Of a stretch of 64,000 bases of DNA, positions 9,721-18,337 are shown piece after piece (position 1 is the first letter of the stretch; each line of letters starts with the position of its first letter). The DNA comes from Pseudomonadota bacterium (GTDB taxonomy: Bacteria > Desulfobacterota > Desulfobacteria > Desulfobacterales > RPRI01): positions 21,357 through 85,356 of the forward strand of contig JBDRRF010000111.1 in assembly GCA_043825875.1 (NCBI GenBank), in the 5' to 3' direction. The notes beneath the pieces are model-generated. The model worked only from the letters and a program-made list of their open reading frames with translations. It had not been told where the DNA came from and did no database searches. The translations under genes and the position numbers were made by a program.

Positions 9721-11085
9721 ATGAAAAAAGTAGTTATTGGTTCCGGTTCAGCCTTTTGGGGCGATATTTTTGAGCCGGCACTTGAAATGGCGCAAAGCGG
9801 CGAAGTCCAGTATATGGGTTTTGATCACCTTGCGGAATTGACCATGGCGATATTAAATCGTATGAAAGCAAAAAACCCGGAAGCCGGTTATGTTCCGGAT
9901 ATTATTCCCTGGACTAAAAGACTTCTTCCGGTCACTCAAAAAAACGGCATTAAAATGATAACCAATGCCGGAGGCGCTAATCCAGTGCAAGCGGCTTTGG
10001 AAGTGGCAAAGGTTGTCAAGGAGTTAAATCTTGCTCCGATGAAGCTTGGTGTTGTTTCCGGAGATGACATCCTGCCTTATATAAATGATATTCGAGCACA
10101 GGGCTGGAAGTTTAAGAATCTGGATACGGGTGAAGAAGACATTGATTCCATTGCTGACAGACTTGGCGCCGCCAATGCTTATATTGGCGCTGATCTTATC
10201 ATAAAAGAGCTTCAAAACGACGCTGATATGATAATTTGCGGCAGGGTTTCGGATAATGCACTGTATGTAGGTCCTATTATGCACGAATTCGGCTGGGATT
10301 ATACGGATGAGTATACGGACCGTATTGCTGCTGCTGTTACAGTCGGCCACATTATTGAATGCTCGGCCTGTGTAAGCGGTGGTATGTCAAATATGTGGAA
10401 GGTGTCAGAAAGGCCCTGGGATATTGGCTTTCCGATTGCCGAATTTTATGAAAACGGTGATGCTCTTATTACAAAAACCAGTGGATCAGGTGGTATTGTG
10501 AATTCATGGACTGTCAAGGAGCATTTGCTTTATGAAATCATTGATCCTGCAAATTATCTGATGCCGGATGGTATTGGTGATTTCACTGCTCTGAAATTGC
10601 ATGATGAAGCCAGAAACCGTGTAATGGTTACAGAGATGAAAGGTAAAAAACGTCCTGATACTTTGAAAGTTTGTATAGGATTCAAAGATGGATTTATCGG
10701 TGAAGGACTGATCTACTTCCCGTCACCTGATGCACTTGCAAAAGCTCAGTGGGCGGAAAAATGGCTAAGAGAGAGATTTAAAAAACTTGGCATAAACTTC
10801 AGAGAACTTCGTATTGATTACATGGGTGTAAACATGCTTCATGGTGAAGCAGCTGAGGTTGAAGACAGGGATTATAATGAAATAGGTCTTAGAATAGCTG
10901 GCCGTACACATACCTATAAAGAAGCGGAAGCCGTACGCAGAGAAGCAACACATTTATGGACAATGGGACCTGTTGGCTCCAGTTTTGGTGTTCCTATGAA
11001 TGTCAGACCGGTTATTGCGCTTTGGCCCTCACTTGTTCCGAGGGATGCCGTTAAGATCGAAAGTCAGTTAATGGAGGTGAGCTAA
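9721..11085 (+). CDS. thnQ: AtuA-like (DUF1446) protein, N-terminal part
   Basis: GSAFWGD, DHLAELTM, ITNAGGANP, NAYIG, GRVSD, GHIIEC, EHLLYEI. Confidence 0.85.
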   Translation: MKKVVIGSGSAFWGDIFEPALEMAQSGEVQYMGFDHLAELTMAILNRMKAKNPEAGYVPDIIPWTKRLLPVTQKNGIKMITNAGGANPVQAALEVAKVVKELNLAPMKLGVVSGDDILPYINDIRAQGWKFKNLDTGEEDIDSIADRLGAANAYIGADLIIKELQNDADMIICGRVSDNALYVGPIMHEFGWDYTDEYTDRIAAAVTVGHIIECSACVSGGMSNMWKVSERPWDIGFPIAEFYENGDALITKTSGSGGIVNSWTVKEHLLYEIIDPANYLMPDGIGDFTALKLHDEARNRVMVTEMKGKKRPDTLKVCIGFKDGFIGEGLIYFPSPDALAKAQWAEKWLRERFKKLGINFRELRIDYMGVNMLHGEAAEVEDRDYNEIGLRIAGRTHTYKEAEAVRREATHLWTMGPVGSSFGVPMNVRPVIALWPSLVPRDAVKIESQLMEVS

Positions 11086-11087
11086 TT

Positions 11088-11465
11088 ATGAAAAAAGTAA
11101 AGCTTACGGAATTGGCTTTTGCCAGATCCGGAGATAAAGGGGATGTCAGCAATATTGGATTGATGGCAAAGTCAAAGAATATTTATGAATTTTTATTGAC
11201 GGTAATAACACCTGAAAGACTTAAGGAATATTTTGGCGGTATGGTTAAAGGTCCGGCTGAGATATATCCTGTGCCTCATCTCGACAGCTTAGAGATCATT
11301 TTACGCCAGGCGCTTGGCGGTGGTGCAACCTGCTCCTTAAGATTTGACCAGACAGGCAAATCAATGGGTCCTGTTTTGTTGGGAATGCAGGTGCTTGTAA
11401 GCGAGGAATTGCTGGAAGAAGCAAGAGCTGTAGATGAAAGCATTATAAAGCAATATGCCGTTTGA
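11088..11465 (+). CDS. thnS: AtuA C-terminal-domain small protein
   Basis: LAFARSGDKGD...ALGGG..SLRFDQTGKS motif; starts 2 nt after the AtuA-like gene. Confidence 0.8.
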   Translation: MKKVKLTELAFARSGDKGDVSNIGLMAKSKNIYEFLLTVITPERLKEYFGGMVKGPAEIYPVPHLDSLEIILRQALGGGATCSLRFDQTGKSMGPVLLGMQVLVSEELLEEARAVDESIIKQYAV

Positions 11466-11476
11466 TAGCTTAAAGA

Positions 11477-11605
11477 GAGACCTTTGGATAATGTCCGGTT
11501 TCGCCGTATTTTAAGGATCATTATAATTTCAACAGCACTAATACTGCGTGTTTTTTAAAGAGTAATCAGGCGGAAAATAAAAAGAGGGTGTGATCCAAAG
11601 GTCTC
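11477..11605. mobile_element. MITE-like element, family B (129 bp)
   Basis: Perfect 13-bp TIR GAGACCTTTGGAT...ATCCAAAGGTCTC, flanked on both sides by AAAGA (11472-11476, 11606-11610); no transposase. Confidence 0.75.
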
Positions 11606-11746
11606 AAAGAGTAATATCTTACAGCAGAGTTCTTGTGAAAAATTATTCAAGAATGAAATAATATTAGACTTACGGGTGCACGAGGGAGCAAAGGCGCTCT
11701 GTATAGAATAATTGACAATTTATGATAGTGGCTTAGGAGGATAATA

Positions 11747-12898
11747 ATGGATTTTGAGCTTTCTGAAGAACAGATAATGTTCAGAGACCAGATTCGTAAT
11801 TTTGCAGAGACTGAAATTGCTCCTTTGGTAGATGAAGCCGAAGAGAAAGAGGTTACACCTCTGCAACTTTTTCCAATGATGGGAAAACTCGGCTATCTTG
11901 GTATTACCTATTCGGAAAAATATGGTGGAGCAGAGGTCGATAAGATTACGGAGTGTATTCTGATTGAGGAGTTAAACAAGGTATGCGCCGGTATAGCCGG
12001 AGTGGTCAGTACCACCCATTCGGGTCTTGGCACAAGAGCAATAAATGATTACGGAACGGAAGAACAAAAGCAGAGATTTCTTGTGCCTGCTATCAAAGGT
12101 GAGAAAATAGCCGCTTTTGCATTAACTGAGGCCGATGCCGGTTCAGATGCTATTGCCCTTCGGACAAGAGCAGTAAAAGACGGCGATGATTATATTATTA
12201 ACGGCAGCAAGATGTTTATCTCAAACGGCACCTTTTGTGATTTTGTGCCTGTTGCCTGTTATACTACCGATCCCAAAGAAGTAAAAAAGAGAGGGCAAGG
12301 AATAAGCCTTATTGTTGTTGAAAAAGGCATGCCGGGCTTTTCTGCGACAAAGTTAAAAAAGTCGGGAAATCGCTCTCATGAAACAGCCCAGCTATATTTT
12401 GAAGATGTAAGAGTGCCGAAAGAAAATCTGATAGGCGAAGAGGGTAAGGGCTTGGCTCAGATACTGACAACCCTCAAGTCAGGAAGAATTTCTTATGGTG
12501 CAAGAGCAACGGGTATGGCTCAGGCTGCATATGATCTTGCATTCAAATATGCCCATGAGAGAGAGCAGTTCGGCAAACAGATCGCAAAATTCCAGATCAA
12601 CACTGTAAAGCTTGTTGATATGGCCATGCATATAGATATCATGCGGATGATGACCTACCGGGCGGCCTGGATGTACTCAGAGGGAATGAATTGTATGAAA
12701 GAGGCTTGCATGCTAAAGATTTATGCAACTGAGAAAGTACAAGAGCTGATGCTTTTAGCTCTCGATCTGCACGGCGGTTATGGTTATATGCGCGAATATG
12801 CGATTGAACGTCTGTGGCGCGATGCCAAGATGTTGAATCTTACTGAAGGAACCACGCCTATAAACTATATGGCTGCGGCAAGAGAACTTGGTATATAA
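11747..12898 (+). CDS. thnT: Acyl-CoA dehydrogenase
   Basis: FALTEADAGSD, INGSKMFISNG, REQFGKQI, HGGYGY, TEGT. Confidence 0.92.
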   Translation: MDFELSEEQIMFRDQIRNFAETEIAPLVDEAEEKEVTPLQLFPMMGKLGYLGITYSEKYGGAEVDKITECILIEELNKVCAGIAGVVSTTHSGLGTRAINDYGTEEQKQRFLVPAIKGEKIAAFALTEADAGSDAIALRTRAVKDGDDYIINGSKMFISNGTFCDFVPVACYTTDPKEVKKRGQGISLIVVEKGMPGFSATKLKKSGNRSHETAQLYFEDVRVPKENLIGEEGKGLAQILTTLKSGRISYGARATGMAQAAYDLAFKYAHEREQFGKQIAKFQINTVKLVDMAMHIDIMRMMTYRAAWMYSEGMNCMKEACMLKIYATEKVQELMLLALDLHGGYGYMREYAIERLWRDAKMLNLTEGTTPINYMAAARELGI

Positions 12899-12922
12899 GC
12901 CGTTTATTAAAAAGCTAAGTTA

Positions 12923-13064
12923 GACGGCAAAGTAAAAAGTTTCGGGCAACTGGTTGTCGGTTATCGGTTAACATGTAGCAGTGAAAAGTGATTTGAAAAA
13001 CGAATCATAAACAAAGAAACTGTGAATCACAAATTAGCCAGATGGGATTTTTTACTTTGCCGTC
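12923..13064. mobile_element. MITE-like element, family C (142 bp)
   Basis: Perfect 16-bp TIR GACGGCAAAGTAAAAA...TTTTTACTTTGCCGTC; no clear target duplication. Confidence 0.6.
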
Positions 13065-13183
13065 AATAGAATCAGCTGAGGTGGCGGCAAATAAAATGCC
13101 ACCCTGCGAAAGATAATAGTAGGGCTGGGTTTTACACCCCGTCGTATCTTACAGTTTGATTGCATAAGATAAGAGAGGATAAA

Positions 13184-13963
13184 ATGGAGTCACAACTGGT
13201 TCACTACGAAATTGAAAACAAGGTGGCCATTGTCAGCCTTGATAACCCCCCTATGAATGCTTTGGATGTTCCGACCAAAGAAAGTATCAGAGATGTTTTT
13301 ACCGAACTCGATGCCAAAAGAAATGAAATCCGTGTAGTCATATTACAGGGCGCCAACAAGGCTTTTGCGGCAGGAGCTGATATAAAAGCTTTTCTGGATC
13401 TTCAACCGGATACTGCTAAACGGCGTCTTATGAGAAGCCACAGTATGTATTCAGTTGTTGAAAACTGTGAATGGCCCGTAATTGCAGCTATACACGGATA
13501 TTGTCTGGGCGGTGGGCTTGAGCTTGCTCTTTGCTGTGATATACGTTATGCAGATGAAACCGCTCAGTTTGGATTCCCGGAAGTTGGTTTGTCGATTTTT
13601 CCGGGTAATGGTGGAACAAGACGGGCATTATATGCTACCAACCTTGGTAGAATGAAAGAGCTTGTTTACACTGGGGAGATGATTAAAGCGGAAGAAGCAT
13701 TTCGGATAGGTTTGATAGAAAAGGTTGTCCCGGCCGGAACAGCTCTTGAAAAAGCTAAAGAGCTGGCAGCAAAAATAATGAAAAAAGGACCGCTTGGTGT
13801 TGCGGCGGCAAAAAAAGTATTAAACCGTACACGGGATCTTACTTTAGAGCAAGGTCTGGAACTGGAATCCGATGTTTGGGCAAGTCTTGCAGCAACAGAA
13901 GATATGAAAGAAGGGGCACGGGCCTTTGTCGAAAAAAGAAAACCTGAATATAAATGTAAATAA
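13184..13963 (+). CDS. thnU: Enoyl-CoA hydratase (crotonase family)
   Basis: AFAAGADI, GGGLE, FGFPE; ATG at 13184 follows GAGGA. Confidence 0.9.
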   Translation: MESQLVHYEIENKVAIVSLDNPPMNALDVPTKESIRDVFTELDAKRNEIRVVILQGANKAFAAGADIKAFLDLQPDTAKRRLMRSHSMYSVVENCEWPVIAAIHGYCLGGGLELALCCDIRYADETAQFGFPEVGLSIFPGNGGTRRALYATNLGRMKELVYTGEMIKAEEAFRIGLIEKVVPAGTALEKAKELAAKIMKKGPLGVAAAKKVLNRTRDLTLEQGLELESDVWASLAATEDMKEGARAFVEKRKPEYKCK

Positions 13964-13978
13964 GAGGAGTAAAGCCTT

Positions 13979-15166
13979 ATGGCAAAAGAGCTAAGAGACG
14001 TAGTAGTAGTTGACGCAGTTAGAACGGCCTTTGGTAAGTCGGGAGAAAAAGGTATTTTCTGGAAGACGAGAGCTGATGATTTGGTTGTTCCCCTGCTGAA
14101 GGCTTTAATAGCAAGAAACCCCGGTGTTACTCCGGCTATGATTGAAGACAGCATCTGGGGCATAACAAATCAGATGAAAGAGCAAGGCGGAACTCTTGGC
14201 CGTGTTGCAACCATGCTCGCTGATCTGGGCCAGGAAATTCCAGGATGTTCAATAGACAGGATGTGCGCCGGAGGTCTTACGGCAATAGGTTTTGGATTAA
14301 CTTATATTGCAGCAGGTATGGCTGACTGTCTTATAGCAGGCGGTGTAGAGCATATGGGGCATCTGCCCATGGGCTTTATGCGTGATCCTCATCCAAGATC
14401 ATTGGAAGTAATGGGCGGACCCACATCTTTAAATATGGGACAGACGGCTGAAAATATTCATGAGCGCTTTCCTGAATTTACAAAAGAAATGGCGGACAGA
14501 TATGCTGTGGACTGCCAGCGCAAAGCCGACGAAGCAATTAAAGCCGGCAAGATGAAGGACATGATAATTCCAATAGACGTTGAACTGGAAGACGGGACAA
14601 AAATGGTAGCTGATAAGGATCAGCCACCAAGAGCAGGCGCCACTATGGAAGGCATGGCAAGTCTGAAAACACCGTTTAAGGAAAACGGAAATGTTACGGC
14701 AGGCAATGCATCCGGATTAAATGACGGAGCAGCGGCATCTTTGCTTATGAGTGAAGAGAAAGCAAAAGCAATGGGTCTTAAACCCAAAATGCGCTGGGTT
14801 GCAACTGCAGTTGCTGCCGTAGATCCAACAATAATGGGCACAGCGCCTGTTCCTGCAACTATTAAAGTTCTTGAAAAGGCCGGGCTGACGATTGATGACA
14901 TGGATATAATAGAAATGAACGAGGCATTTGCCGTTCAGGCCCTTTATTTTCTGGACCGCTTTAAAATGAAATGGGATGATCCGAGAGTCAATAAATGGGG
15001 TGGAGCAATCGCTTACGGCCATCCATTGGCATCATCAGGCCCTCGTCTTATTGCTTTTCTTTCCGGATTATTCAAGGAAAATCCGGGTGCTAAATATGGC
15101 TTGGCTACCATGTGCGTAGGACGCGGACAGGGCTATTCGGTTATATTTGAGAATTTACAGAGATAG
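13979..15166 (+). CDS. thnV: Thiolase (3-ketoacyl-CoA thiolase)
   Basis: IDRMCAGG, NEAF, GHPL, MCVGRGQG. Confidence 0.92.
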   Translation: MAKELRDVVVVDAVRTAFGKSGEKGIFWKTRADDLVVPLLKALIARNPGVTPAMIEDSIWGITNQMKEQGGTLGRVATMLADLGQEIPGCSIDRMCAGGLTAIGFGLTYIAAGMADCLIAGGVEHMGHLPMGFMRDPHPRSLEVMGGPTSLNMGQTAENIHERFPEFTKEMADRYAVDCQRKADEAIKAGKMKDMIIPIDVELEDGTKMVADKDQPPRAGATMEGMASLKTPFKENGNVTAGNASGLNDGAAASLLMSEEKAKAMGLKPKMRWVATAVAAVDPTIMGTAPVPATIKVLEKAGLTIDDMDIIEMNEAFAVQALYFLDRFKMKWDDPRVNKWGGAIAYGHPLASSGPRLIAFLSGLFKENPGAKYGLATMCVGRGQGYSVIFENLQR

Positions 15167-15201
15167 ACGCAAAAATTGTTATAGCGTTTAAATAAGAAAA
15201 G

Positions 15202-15247
15202 AACCCCTGTTTGCCAAAAAAAATATGGCAAACAGGAGTTTTGTTTT
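15202..15247 (+). terminator. Rho-independent terminator ending the catabolic operon
   Basis: CCTGTTTGCCA-N9-TGGCAAACAGG followed by AGTTTTGTTTT. Confidence 0.7.
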
Positions 15248-15256
15248 GAGACAAGC

Positions 15257-15399
15257 GAGCCAGTTTCAAAACGCCCCATTTTGGCCGATCCTCTGCGTTG
15301 GGTTCAAATTTCAATCCTCGAAATACTCGATGTATTCCTGTGGTTGAAATTTTCTCCCGCCTTGAGCTTGACCAAACTGAAACGTTTTGAAAGTGGCTC
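15257..15399 (+). mobile_element. MITE family A, copy 1 (143 bp)
   Basis: 17-bp TIR GAGCCAGTTTCAAAACG...CGTTTTGAAAGTGGCTC (1 mismatch); flanks AAGC/AGGC; interior nearly identical to copy 3. Confidence 0.85.
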
Positions 15400-15542
15400 A
15401 GGCAAATATCATTTATCTTTGCTATGAGCAAGATATCAATATATGTAAGCACAATTTCATCATTATGATTTTTAGGGCTTATTCTTTCTTTTACGATTTC
15501 ATGGTCGTTTTTATTTTCTGAATTCCGTTTGTCAATGCATTG

Positions 15543-15684
15543 GAGCCAGTTTCAAAACGTCCCATTTTGGCCGATCTCTGCGTTGGTTGAAAATTATAAT
15601 CCTCGAAATACTCCATGTATTCCTGCGGTTAAAATTTTCACCCGCCTTGACCTTGACCAAACTGAAACGTTTTGAAAGTGGCTC
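15543..15684 (+). mobile_element. MITE family A, copy 2 (142 bp)
   Basis: Same TIRs; 4-bp direct repeat ATTG on both sides. Confidence 0.85.
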
Positions 15685-15757
15685 ATTGTTATTCACTATT
15701 CCATAGAATTATACAAATATGCTACGCTCATTAAATTAAGGTTTAACAGGTAAAAAC

Positions 15758-17491
15758 ATGTTCAGAATACGAAAAATATCAAATCCATATCTGGATGTTA
15801 ACATGAAGGCTATGGAAAAAGTTAAAAGCATTATCAGACAACAGTTTTCCGGAATAAAGGAAGAAAAAATCAATGAGGTACATGAACAGCTCATAAACCC
15901 TCTGAAATATAAATACCAGACAACCCTGATAATTGCAGATGATTTAAATGAAAGCATTCGCGGATTTGCACTCCTGTTATATATGCCTGATCTGAAATTT
16001 TGTTTTCTTGATTTTCTAGCCGTACCTCAAGGTAAGGTTTCATCAGGAGTTGGAGGAGCACTATATGAAAGAATAAGGGAGGAAGCCGGATCAATAGGAT
16101 CCATAGGAATTTTTTTTGAATGTCTGCCGGATGACCCAAAATTATACAAAGACCAGGAATACATACCGCAAAACAAAAAACGCCTTGCTTTTTATGAACG
16201 TTATGGCGCAATGCCTATTGCGAACACACTTTATGAAACGGTTGTAAATCCCGAAGATGACGGCCCTCCATACCTTGTATATGACGGATTGGGGCTTAAA
16301 AAAGACATACCGAAAGATATCGCAAAAAAAGTTGTAAGAGCGATACTTGAGCGCAAATACGGCGATTATTGCAATGAAGAGTACGTTCGTAAGGTGCTTG
16401 AAAGCATAAAGGATGATCCTGTTAAACTTCGCCCCCCGAAATACCACAGGAAGGAAGATCCTTTAGCGGTAAAAGCCATTACTCCCGAAAGAGACAAAAT
16501 ATTTATGGTTATAAACGATAAACACAACATACACCATATAAGAGAAAGAGGTTACGTAGAATCTCCTGTAAGAATAGCAAGCATTAAAAAAGAACTGGAT
16601 AAAACCGGATACTTCAGATTAGGAAAAGCTCGGGAATTTCCTGAAAAATATATACTTGATGTGCATGATATAGGATATGTGAACTATTTTAAAAAAGTAT
16701 GTAAAAATCTGTTGCCTGGAAAATCTGTATATCCATATGTTTTTCCAATCAGAAACAGTGCGAGACCGCCCAAGGAGTTATCTGTAAGAGCTGGCTATTA
16801 TTGTATAGATACCTTTACTCCTCTTAACCGCAATGCCTTCTTTGCCGCGCGCTGGGGAGTCAATAGCACATTAACTGCCGCAAACGAAATGCTTAATGGA
16901 TGTAAACGCGCCTACGTACTGACCAGGCCCCCCGGACATCATGCCGAAAGATTTGTATTCGGCGGGTTTTGTTATTTTAATAATTGTGCCATTGCAGCAA
17001 ACTATTTAAGCAAGTTTGGAAAGATCGCAATTATAGATATTGATTATCATCATGGAAATGGGCAGCAACAGATATTTTATTCTAAAGCCAACGTAATGAC
17101 CATTTCAATTCACGGCCACCCATCCTTTGCCTATCCTTATTTTTCGGGATTCAAGGAAGAAAAAGGAGAAGAAGAAGGCCTTGGTTTCAATATTAATTTC
17201 CCTCTTGCCGAAACCTTATCATATCAAGAATATAAAGAAGTATTGATAAAGGCTTTAAAGTCAGTAAGCTCATACAAACCGGATTATTTTATCGTATCAC
17301 TTGGCCTTGATACGGCAAAAGGCGACCCAACGGGTACATGGAGCTTTTCGTTTAAAGATTTTGAACAAACCGGACATCTGATAGGTGCCATGAAATTACC
17401 CACTTTAATTATTCAGGAGGGAGGCTATAAGAATCAGGCATTGGGTTCAAATGCCAGAGCTTTTTTTAATGGTTTATTTAAAGCATCATAG
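15758..17491 (+). CDS. GNAT-like acetyltransferase fused to a histone deacetylase/acetylpolyamine amidohydrolase domain
   Basis: N-terminal FLDFLAV...SSGVGGALYE...FYERYG (GNAT-like); C-terminal RPPGHHA, GFCYFNN, DIDYHHGNG, SLGLD, QEGGY (HDAC family). Confidence 0.82.
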   Translation: MFRIRKISNPYLDVNMKAMEKVKSIIRQQFSGIKEEKINEVHEQLINPLKYKYQTTLIIADDLNESIRGFALLLYMPDLKFCFLDFLAVPQGKVSSGVGGALYERIREEAGSIGSIGIFFECLPDDPKLYKDQEYIPQNKKRLAFYERYGAMPIANTLYETVVNPEDDGPPYLVYDGLGLKKDIPKDIAKKVVRAILERKYGDYCNEEYVRKVLESIKDDPVKLRPPKYHRKEDPLAVKAITPERDKIFMVINDKHNIHHIRERGYVESPVRIASIKKELDKTGYFRLGKAREFPEKYILDVHDIGYVNYFKKVCKNLLPGKSVYPYVFPIRNSARPPKELSVRAGYYCIDTFTPLNRNAFFAARWGVNSTLTAANEMLNGCKRAYVLTRPPGHHAERFVFGGFCYFNNCAIAANYLSKFGKIAIIDIDYHHGNGQQQIFYSKANVMTISIHGHPSFAYPYFSGFKEEKGEEEGLGFNINFPLAETLSYQEYKEVLIKALKSVSSYKPDYFIVSLGLDTAKGDPTGTWSFSFKDFEQTGHLIGAMKLPTLIIQEGGYKNQALGSNARAFFNGLFKAS

Positions 17492-17523
17492 ATTTTTACG
17501 GTAATAATAAACCATTAATCAGT

Positions 17524-17541
17524 AACCCCTATGCAGGGGTT
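17524..17541. terminator. Small hairpin between convergent genes
   Basis: AACCCCT-ATGC-AGGGGTT. Confidence 0.4.
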
Positions 17542-17542
17542 C

Positions 17543-18292
17543 TTATATTATACTTCTTATAACAATCACAAGCAGCAAAACCACGACTCCTATTATGCCG
17601 TATTCGGGATGGGTCACGGTCTCGTTTTTACTGGCAAGAAGGCCTGGCAGTTCATTGCCAAGCCCATATAAAGCATATACAATCGCATTCCACATCCCGT
17701 GAGCAAGTCCGGCAACAAGCAGGGATTTCGACTTATAATACAACCCGCCGAATATAAGGCCTACTAAAGAAGTTCCTATAACATACAACAGAATTTCCCA
17801 TCCTTTAAGTTTATAAAAAATCCCGAAAGGCAAATGCCAGAGACCGAAAATAAACGATGCAAAGACAATAGCGTAGAAGGGAGAATAAGTTTCATATAAT
17901 TCTCTCTGGACTACACCCCGAAAGAAAAGCTCTTCGGTGAAAGTGGCTATTGTTCCCAATATTATTGCAGATATCGGGATGTTAACCGCTAATTTTAACC
18001 AATCCGTTGATGTCATTTCCTTGCCCAGCTTAAGCCCACCCGACATCCATCCTATAGCTAATGTCAAGCCAAGCACTATGGATACCATCAATATTGCTTC
18101 CAGGTAATAGGAATGACCTCCCACTATAAAACCCATTTTTGAGATAGGTTCATCTCTTCTGAAAAGAAAATGGTATAGTAAACCTAAAAAGCCTACAATA
18201 AATGGAATATAAGAGGCTGTTTTATGTCCGAACAGATTTGGCAGAATAAATGAAAGTAGATAAACAATTAAGATAATAATAGTGATTCGCAT
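17543..18292 (-). CDS. CPBP/CAAX (Abi) family intramembrane metalloprotease
   Basis: EELFFRG, FGLWH, HGMWN motifs and multiple TM helices; ATG at 18292 follows AAGGTG. Confidence 0.88.
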   Translation of the reverse strand: MRITIIILIVYLLSFILPNLFGHKTASYIPFIVGFLGLLYHFLFRRDEPISKMGFIVGGHSYYLEAILMVSIVLGLTLAIGWMSGGLKLGKEMTSTDWLKLAVNIPISAIILGTIATFTEELFFRGVVQRELYETYSPFYAIVFASFIFGLWHLPFGIFYKLKGWEILLYVIGTSLVGLIFGGLYYKSKSLLVAGLAHGMWNAIVYALYGLGNELPGLLASKNETVTHPEYGIIGVVVLLLVIVIRSII

Positions 18293-18337
18293 AAAGCACC
18301 TTCTTTTCATCACATGTTTGTTAAGTCAGCCCTGTCA

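Noticed and set aside
13119..13144. GTAGGG-starting REP-like sequence, and a similar degenerate palindrome at about 23947-23970
   Set aside because: Single degenerate copies and no RAYT/IS200 transposase in the window.
15141..15452. 103-aa minus-strand ORF, and likewise ORFs 27156-27536 and 27206-27400
   Set aside because: They are translations of the MITE sequence, with no RBS or protein motif.
15257..15684. Two nearby repeats as a possible CRISPR array
   Set aside because: The units are about 142 bp with TIRs, there are only two, and no cas genes are present.
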